Shown here: piece by piece, positions 1-37,797 of the stretch
How the letters are laid out: each line of letters begins with the position of its first letter
Position numbering within the stretch: the first letter of the stretch is position 1
Assembly (NCBI RefSeq): GCF_001194135.2
Contig: NC_068999.1
Span: 46,932,050-46,969,846, forward strand
DNA length: 37,797 bases
Source of the DNA: Octopus bimaculoides
Taxonomy: Eukaryota
Direction of reading: 5' to 3'
Translations under genes and position numbers: made by a program
The notes under the pieces: generated by a model
Database searches by the model: none
The model's input: only the letters and a program-made list of their open reading frames with translations
What the model was told of the DNA's origin: nothing

Positions 1-432
1 ATAATAATATTAAAAAATATTATTTTTATTATTATTATTATTCTTTGATGAAAACTCTCAGCTTATTTTACTGGGTATGATGAAAAGTGTCAGCTGTCCA
101 CAGCCTGCAGACTAAGGTGACACTTGTTTACTGGTCAAGCTTCAAGAACCATTGTTATTGTTTATTATTATTATTATCATTGTTGTTGTTATTTTATTGT
201 TGTTGTTGTTATCACAAAAAATAAAAGAACAATAAAAGATTACTCTGTCTGTTAGTAGCAGGAGTGGCTGTGTGGTAAGAAGCTTGCTTCCCCATCCACA
301 GACTTGCTGGATCTGTGCCTTAATCAGAAACTGTTGTTATATGACAGTCACAAAGGAAATAAATTTCTCCGACTCCTGTTATAAACCTCCTTTCTCAATC
401 AATCAACACTGCTATTTGCTATAATACATTAA

Positions 433-941
433 TAATCTTTTCTACTCTAGGCACAAGGCCCAAAATTTGGGGGGAGGGGGCCAGTCGATTAGATCAACCC
501 AGTATGCAACTGGTACTTAATTTATCAACCCTGAAAGGATGAAAGGCGAAGTCGACCTCGGTGGAATTTGAACTCAGAACGTAACTGCAAACGAAATATC
601 GCTAAGCATTTTGCCCGGCATGCTAACGTTTCTGCCAGCTCGCTACCTTCCACAGGGAACAGAATATTCTCTTCTACTCTAGGCACAAGGCCCAAAATTT
701 TTGGGGAGGGGAGGCCAGTCGATTAGATTGACCCCAGTACGCAACTGGTACTTAATTTATCGACCCCAAAAGGATGAAAGGTAGTCGACCTCGGCGGAAT
801 TTGAACTCAGAATGTAACGGCAGACGAAATACTGCTAAGCATTTCGCTCGGCATACTCTACTCTTTTATTCTTTTACTTGTTTCAGTCATTTGACTGTGG
901 CCATGCTGGAGCACCGCTAACGATTCTGCCAGCTCGCCGCC
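433..941 (-). mobile_element. Two tandem copies of SINE family B (tRNA head, GCCTTTCATCC...GTCGATAAATTAAGTACC core); second copy holds a family-A tail at 855-915
   Basis: 433-647 and 662-941 align with each other and with 8680-8905; core resembles the Meta/Sauria-type conserved SINE domain (inference). Confidence 0.85.
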
Positions 942-1020
942 TTGTAATACATTAATAACGAGATCATTGTGACGTATCTATTGCAATACCATTCAAGTTT
1001 TATATTTTTCTTTCTTTCAG

Positions 1021-31014
<29,994 letters not shown>

Positions 31015-31181
31015 GTTGGTTTAGCATGACGCCTTTACCTCAGGTTTTCTTGCTTTTTGGGTGTACACAGTGCATTAAACTTACTGCTTTGCTTCAAGCT
31101 TTTCACATTTTTTTCTTCACCCCATCCTTTTAGCTTGTTTTACTCTTACTTTACAATGTTATATGCTTGCAACATATAGTA

Positions 31182-32424
31182 TTGGCTCATCCCATAAATA
31201 TTGCGATAGTTTCAATTGCATGAACTAAACGTCAGAGGGGGACAGGATAAACTACCTACATCAACTTGCTATAAAAGCAGGTAGTTATTTTACCAGTTAT
31301 TTGATTTTAACAGTTATTTTTTCAAAGCTATAATGGAAGTGACAAAGGAGTATATTTGGCATATTTTGTTTTATGAGTTCAATAAAGGCAACAATGTAAC
31401 GGAAAGTGTGAGGAATATTAATGCAATATATGGGGATCGGACAATAAGCATAAGCCAGTGTCAACAGTGGTTCCAGAAATTCTGAACCGGAAACAACAGT
31501 CTAGAAGATGGGCCTCGTCCTGGAAGATCTGTAAAACTCGACGAGGACATCCTGCAAACCCTGATGGAATAACATCCCATCGTAACTGTTGAGAAACTAG
31601 GAGAGAAGCTTGGATTTGGTCATTCAACCATTCATCAGTACCTGTCTGCCATCAGAAAAGTCAGGAAATTGGGTCAATGGGTTTGTCACAAACTTTCTGA
31701 GTCTTATCGCACGCAGAGATTGAATGTGTGTTCTTCTTTGCTGTCATGTCTCATGAATGAACCTTTTTGGACCGAATAGTGACTGGTGACGAGAAATGGG
31801 TTCTCTATAAAAATGTCAAGTGCCAAAGACAGTGGGTAGGGAAAGGAGTAACACTGGCACCCCAGGCTAAAGAAGGTCTTCACCCACGTAAGGTGTTGTT
31901 ATCTGTTTGGTGGGATAAGAAAGGTTGAGTCCTCTTTGAACCTTTAAACCCAAACCAAACAATAACAAAGAAGATCTACTGTGAGCAGCTTAAGCCAGTG
32001 CTAGAAGAAAATGACCATCTTTGATTTCAAGATGAAAGGTGTTCTTCCATCAGGATAATGCTCAGCCACATACAGTGAGGATGACATTCCAAAGGCTGGA
32101 ACAGTTTGAATGGGAAAACGATACCCCACCCACCATATTCGCTGGACATTGCCCCATCTGATTATCATTTATTCCACAGTCTTCAAAATCATTTGGACAG
32201 AAAAAATATGAATTCTGTAGATGAGGTCAGAACAGTACTTTTGGAGGAGTACTGTACAGACAAGTGAATTTTTAAAGACAGGCCTTGCAAGTCTACCAGA
32301 TAGATGGAAGAACATTGTAGAAAATGAAGGAGAGTATACTTTAGATTAAAAAAGAACTTTGTTTATCTTGATTTCAATAAAAAAAGAAGCATTTTCAAAA
32401 CGCATTATTTATGGGTTAGCCCAA
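31182..32424 (+). mobile_element. Full-length decayed mariner (DD34D) transposon
   Basis: Imperfect TIRs (ttggctcatcccataaatattgcg vs revcomp ttgggctaacccataaataatgcg); TA on both sides; internal transposase remnant. Confidence 0.93.
31333..32349 (+). pseudogene. Mariner transposase pseudogene
   Basis: MEVTKEYIWHILFYEF..., WVCHKL, DRIVTGDEKW, HPRKVLLSVWWD, FHQDNA, HPPYSLDIAPSDYHLF; several stops and frameshifts. Confidence 0.93.
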
Positions 32425-32584
32425 TATATCGCTCCTATTTATATTATTAAGTATCTATGGTCTGATTCTTGTAGTGGTCTATTAATTCTAATATAAATCC
32501 ATGTTTTGGGCTTTGTAGTGCTTGTTTGTTCTATTGATACTAACATGCTTTCATGATCTAACAATGTCTATCCTATTAATACTA

Positions 32585-32754
32585 AGGTGTAGCTCCATGG
32601 TAAAAAGTTTGCTTCCCAATCACATGGTTTTGGGTTCAGTCCCACTGCATGACACCTTGGGCAAGTGTCTTCTACTATAGCCTCGGGCCGACCAAAGCCT
32701 TGTGAGTGGATTTGGTAGATGGAAACTGAAAGAAGCCCATCGTATATATGTATG

Positions 32755-32789
<35 letters not shown>

Positions 32790-33635
32790 ATATGTTTGTC
32801 CCTCCAACATCGCTCAACAACCGATGCTGGTGTGCTTACGTCCCCGTAACTTAGTGGTTCAGCAAAAGAGACTGATAGAATAAGTATTAGGCTTGCAAAG
32901 AATAAGTCCTGGGGTTGACTTGCTCGACTAAAGGCGGTGTTCCAGCATGGCCACAGTCCCACTGAGTGACACCTTAGGCATGCATCTTCTATTGTAGTTC
33001 CAGGTCAGTGAGTGGATTTGGTAGATGGAAACTAAAAGAAGCCCATGGTGTGTACTTTCATGTTTGTTCTCTACCACTGCTTGACAACTAGTGTTGGTTT
33101 GTTAACATTGCCATAACCTAGCAGTTCAGCAAAAGAGATCGATGGAATAAGTACTGGAGTCAATCCATTTCACTAGAACTCTTTAAAATGGTGCTCCAGT
33201 TTGGCCACAATCCAATGACTGAAACAAGTTAAAGATAAAAGATATATCTTATTCTTTTACTTGTTTCAGTCATTTGATTGTGGCCATGCTGGAGTACCGC
33301 CTTTAGTCGAGCAAATCGACCCCAGGACTTATTCTTTGTAAGCCTAGTACTTATTCTATCGGTCTATTTTGCTGAACCGCTAAGTTACTGGGACGTAAAC
33401 ACACCAGCATCGGTTGTCAAGCGATGTTGGGGAGACAAACACAGACACACAAACACACACACACATATATATATATATATGACGGGCTTCTTTCAGTTTC
33501 CATCTACCAAATCCACTCACAAGGCTTTGGTTGGCACGAAGCTATAGTAGAGGACACTTGCCCAAGGTGCCACGCAGTGGGACTGAACCCGGAACCTTGT
33601 GGTTGGTAAGCGAGCTACTTACCACACAGCCACTC
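32585..33635. mobile_element. Cluster of three family-A SINEs (+,+,-), the last two tail-to-tail
   Basis: 32585-32960 (+), ~32960-33245 (+), 33250-33635 (-). Confidence 0.85.
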
Positions 33636-33730
33636 TTATTAATTATTTTTGTCATAAAGCCGAAACAATGCAAATTATAAAAAATAATATAGGTCAATAG
33701 TTTCTCCTTGTAAAAGTACAAAACATTGAC

Positions 33731-33774
<44 letters not shown>

Positions 33775-34232
33775 TCAGCTAAGAATGCATAAGTCAGAAA
33801 GACAAAGTCACTTCTCAACAGGGTGCGTATATTAATCAAAGTATACAGTATCATAGATTAATTTTAACCAATCTTAGCAATCAGTTTTGCAGTGGGTATT
33901 AGGTTACTGGATATTTGATAACAGGGTGGTTACCTAAAAACACATGCTCTTCAGTGATGGTAACACATGCATGCATACATACATATGTATATTGGCATGT
34001 GGCCTAGTGGTTATAATGTTGGGCACTTGATCACAATGTTTTGAGTTCAACTGCTGCACTGGGCAGTGCATTGTGTCCTTGAGCAAGGCACTTAATTTCA
34101 TGTTGCTCCAGTGTACTTAGCTGAAAAGAAAAGAAAATGAGTACCAGCCTAGTGATAGTGTAGCTACCCCTCTCTCACTCTCTCTCTTCCACTTTCTCAC
34201 TCTCTTCCACTTTCTCACTCTCTTCCACTTTC

Positions 34233-34270
<38 letters not shown>

Positions 34271-34271
34271 G

Positions 34272-34312
34272 CTGTCATACTCTCTCTGTAATCCAGGATC
34301 AAATGTGGGCAG
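34272..34312 (+). CDS. Candidate NHE tail exon: (S)CHTLSVIQDQMWA
   Basis: (CT)n tract ccag|CTGTCAT...GGGCAG|gtcaag; phase 2/1; joined to exon 17 gives SYASCHTLS, reminiscent of NHE1 SYNRHTLV. Confidence 0.4.
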
Positions 34313-34414
34313 GTCAAGAGGGTGTCCATATCTTTGCATGCCTTATACAGGAACCTAAAACGAATTAGCAACAGCATGGTACATGCTTGCACATGGCCAC
34401 TACAGTTTGGTGTT

Positions 34415-34467
<53 letters not shown>

Positions 34468-34704
34468 ATACATACACACACATGCACTCATTAATTAAAT
34501 AGGAATGTTCTATAGGTTTAGCCAATGTCGTTCTCTTCTGCTGAAGTAGGCGTCTGCCAAAGTTGTTTGTTGTTCCAGACATTAAAATTACTTTTTAAAT
34601 ATTCTACTTGAAAACTATTTTCTAATATCGTTAAAGTAATTAGAGAAGTCGGAGTTTAACCCAAAGACTTCTTTTTACATTGCCTTCCACTCTCAGACTT
34701 TCAG

Positions 34705-34732
34705 ATCGGAGAAAGCGTTCCTCCTGCTATGG
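34705..34732 (+). CDS. Candidate NHE tail micro-exon: DRRKRSSCYG
   Basis: Tandem acceptors tctcag (start 34697) and tttcag (start 34705); weak donors after 34732 or 34741; basic/Ser phospho-site-like peptide. Confidence 0.35.
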
Positions 34733-35024
34733 GTTACAGGGGTTTTTTTTTTAGATTTTGTTTTATACTTTTTGTTACTAGCTCTTAGTTTTATATGAAT
34801 AGTTTTTTTTTTTCTCTGTGTGTGTGAGGACCTCTGTGTGTGTTAGCTCCAAATATAATGATGTTACTGTTGCATATTAGCAGCCATTTCTGAACATAGT
34901 AATACATTTATTTTCTAGTGACACAATAATCTTTAATCTTTTCAAATATTCTTGAGTGTCAGTATTATAGCGACATATTTATAGCTTTTACAGCCTGAAA
35001 TTTTGCTTTCATTCATTTATTTTC

Positions 35025-35570
35025 TACTATAGCCTCGAGCCGACCAAAGCCTTGTGAGTGGATTTGGTAAGACAGAAACTGAAAAGAAGCCTGTTTTGTA
35101 TATATATATATACGTGTGTGTATATGTTTGTGTGTCTGTATTTGTGCCCCCACCATTGCTTGACAACCGATGTCGGTGTGTTTACGTCCCCCGTAACTTA
35201 ACGGTTTGGCAAAAGAGACTGATAGAATAAGTACTAGAATAAGTCCTGGGGTCGATTTGTTTGACTAAAAAGGCGGTGCTTCAGCATGGCCGTGCCAAAT
35301 GACTGAAACAAATAAAACAGTATATATATATATATAATATAGGCACAGGAGTGGCTGTGTGGTAAGTAGCTTGCTTACCAACCACATAGTTCCAGACTCA
35401 GTCCCATTGTGTGGCACCTTGGGCAAGTTTCTTCTACTATAGCCTCAGGCTGACCAAAGCTTTGTGAGTGGATTTGGTAGACAGAAACTGAAAGAAGCCC
35501 GTCGTATATATATGTATGTGTATATATATGTATATGTATATATATGTGTGTGTGTGTTTGTGTGTCTGAG
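35025..35570 (+). mobile_element. Two tandem family-A SINEs
   Basis: 35025-35320 (5'-truncated) and 35340-35570 (head plus microsatellite). Confidence 0.85.
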
Positions 35571-36419
35571 AAGTGTAATATAGACAAATGAGCGAAAACA
35601 GAAGGCTGTCCTCTACATAGTCATTTGACCTGCAAGAAATAGCAGTCAAAGGCCTCTCAAATTACACCCCATCAGCTTAGAAAAGAAGGGTACATTGGAC
35701 GATGTAGACCTGAGTATCCTGTGCCTTGGGAAAGGGATAAGACTGTCACAGTGGAATAAAATATCTTTGACCATCATTCCATATTGAGGCTGGACAGCAG
35801 CAACAACTGACTGTGAAATAGGTGAATTTTATTGGTGAAGTATCTTGACTAGTGTCAGACTGACCAGCAAGAACATGGTACAGACCAACAACCACTTCAC
35901 AAAGTGGTCAACCATTTGTACTCTCATTAAATCTGAACAGCTAACAGGAAAATAGGAAAATTTTCTAAGAATGGTAAATTAGTTGGAACTGTTTGGAATT
36001 TTGAAATTTGATATTAGGTTTTCACTCAACTTCAAAAATTGCATTTCAGTAAGTAACACCATCTTGACTTAGTTTAATTGCTTTTGAATTTAATTAGGTG
36101 GTGGGTGGGAGAAGTTTTTTTATGTTTTTAAGAATCTGTTCTTATTAGATTTTGGTAAATTCTTTTAACTCTCCCTTTTTATTATATTTCTGTTGAAATT
36201 CACTATCTTTCATCATCATCAACATCGTCATTTAACGTCCACTTTCCATGCTGGCATGGGTTGGACGGTTTTACTGAGGACTGGCTGAAGAATTTTATAA
36301 AGTAATTTGGGCATTATTAAAAGCTGGTGATTGGGACATAAATTAACTCGAAACTTCGATGGAATCTTTTAATTTTGCTCACTTTAAAACGGCAACTTTG
36401 CATTGTAGAACTAAAGATA

Positions 36420-36900
36420 AAGCGGTGAGCTGGCAGAATCGTTAGCATGCCGGGCGAAATGCTTAGCGGTATTTCGTCTGCCGCTACGTTCTGAGTTCAA
36501 ATTCCGCCAAGGTCGACTTTGCCTTTCATCCTTTTGGGGTCGATAAAAATTAAGTACCAGTTACACACTGGGTCGATGTAATCGACTTAATCCCTTTGTC
36601 TGTCCTTGTTTNNNNNNNNNNGCTCACTTTAAAACGGCAACTTTGCATTGTAGAACTAAAGATAAAGCGGTGAGCTGGCAGAATCGTTAGCATGCCGGGC
36701 GAAATGCTTAGCGGTATTTCGTCTGCCGCTACGTTCTGAGTTCAAATTCCGCCAAGGTCGACTTTGCCTTTCATCCTTTTGGGGTCGATAAAAATTAAGT
36801 ACCAGTTACACACTGGGTCGATGTAATCGACTTAATCCCTTTGTCTGTCCTTGTTTGTTCCCTCTATGTTTAGCCCCTTGTGGGCAATAAAGAAATAAGA
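36420..36900 (+). mobile_element. SINE family B, appearing twice because of an assembly overlap
   Basis: 36377-36611 is identical to 36622-36856 across a 10-N gap. Confidence 0.85.
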
Positions 36901-37099
36901 ACTAAAGATGGTCTCAAAAGGCTCATCTGAAATAGGTTAAAAGAATCTGCTACATATGCATATCTGATGCAGTTTCTTTTTTTTTTTTAGTTTTCAGAAA
37001 ATTTGGCAAACTTTTTAGAGAGTTTTTTTTTTCTTTTTAATATTAAAAATAACAACAGTAGATAGCTTATTTGCTTTTATGTCTTGCTTATTTTTATAG

Positions 37100-37193
37100 T
37101 TCTTTACTGGAATTATCAGGGTCTGATACAAATTCACGCTTCACTGCCATTTATCAAGCTAATTGTCTTAAAATTTTTAGTTCATTATCTTAA
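37100..37193 (+). CDS. Candidate terminal exon: SLLELSGSDTNSRFTAIYQANCLKIFSSLS*
   Basis: tttttatag| acceptor; phase-2 frame open to TAA at 37191-37193; only phase compatibility supports it. Confidence 0.25.
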
Positions 37194-37385
37194 ATAATAT
37201 GACTAACACACATTTAGTATGCCAAAACTAACCCACCTTACTATTTATAGATTGAAGGTTTATACCTTTGCTGAATTTATCAATCTTTGCAATTGTTGTT
37301 ATTATTATTGTAGTCCCACGTTTATTTGATTTTGCTAATATTTCAGTTGTAAGGGAATAAAAAGCATTTCATTTCATTTTCTTAA

Positions 37386-37612
37386 CCCTTTCGCATTTAA
37401 ATCAGCCACATCTGGCCCCAAGTACTTCCCCAGTTTTATGTTCAAAGCAGCCAGATCTGGCACTGTGCGCTTACCCTGCAATGTCATTCTAAGAGATAAA
37501 CTATCACTTCATTGAAATCTCAAAGCTCCAAAATAACACAATGTATTATTGATTCAAAACAATGTAAATAAATAAACATTACATTCGAAAGGGTAATCTG
37601 AATGCTGAAGGG
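37386..37612. mobile_element. piggyBac-like MITE, second family
   Basis: TTAA|CCCTTTCGCATT...AATGCTGAAGGG|TTAG; related partial copies at ~1745-1845, 12642-12850 and ~13390-13436. Confidence 0.7.
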
Positions 37613-37756
37613 TTAGAAAAAAATTAAAGTAATTTAAGAAATTTTCTCATATAATTATTCGTTTAAATGATTTTAAATTATTAATTGTAATAGTATTTTG
37701 CAGATGAGAAATCATAGTAATGTTAAAACTAAATTGAATTCGCTAAGGCTTAAACT

Positions 37757-37797
<41 letters not shown>

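Noticed and set aside
62-274. Possible upstream micro-exons (62-74 LILL; 256-274 inside a SINE head)
   Set aside because: The acceptor is weak, the second piece is SINE sequence, and the joined peptide does not give the expected PESC..LIxxG pattern.
36377-36856. 235-bp direct duplication
   Set aside because: The copies are identical and separated by a 10-N gap, typical of an unmerged contig overlap.
37758-37797. Terminal poly-T as a retroposed poly-A tail
   Set aside because: It is cut by the window edge with no recognisable element body; it could be a simple homopolymer.

Overview
This is AT-rich eukaryotic DNA from a gapped short-read assembly (9 N-runs). The SINE families and microsatellite load point to Octopus or a related coleoid; that assignment is inference from recognised repeats. 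The window covers most of one + strand gene, a plasma-membrane-type Na+/H+ exchanger (SLC9A/NHE, CPA1 family). I assembled 17 phase-compatible AG/GT exons by hand between 1021 and 31014. The N-terminal exons lie upstream of the window and the last exons are ambiguous. The ORF track mostly misses this gene, and its long ORFs are microsatellite or N-gap artefacts. The introns hold several tRNA-derived SINE families, a dead mariner and a mariner MITE, TTAA-flanked piggyBac-like MITEs, R4/Dong and RTE LINE fragments, a foldback element, and satellites that grew out of interspersed repeats. The best lead is at 13593-14086 in intron 8: a ~490 bp palindrome of two head-to-head copies of an element built as tRNA-like Pol III head + (AAT)n + minimal hammerhead ribozyme of the Penelope/retrozyme type. 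The antisense copy has an intact catalytic core, while the copy lying in the pre-mRNA sense has two core C>T changes. All coordinates and alignments were done by eye and no searches were run.
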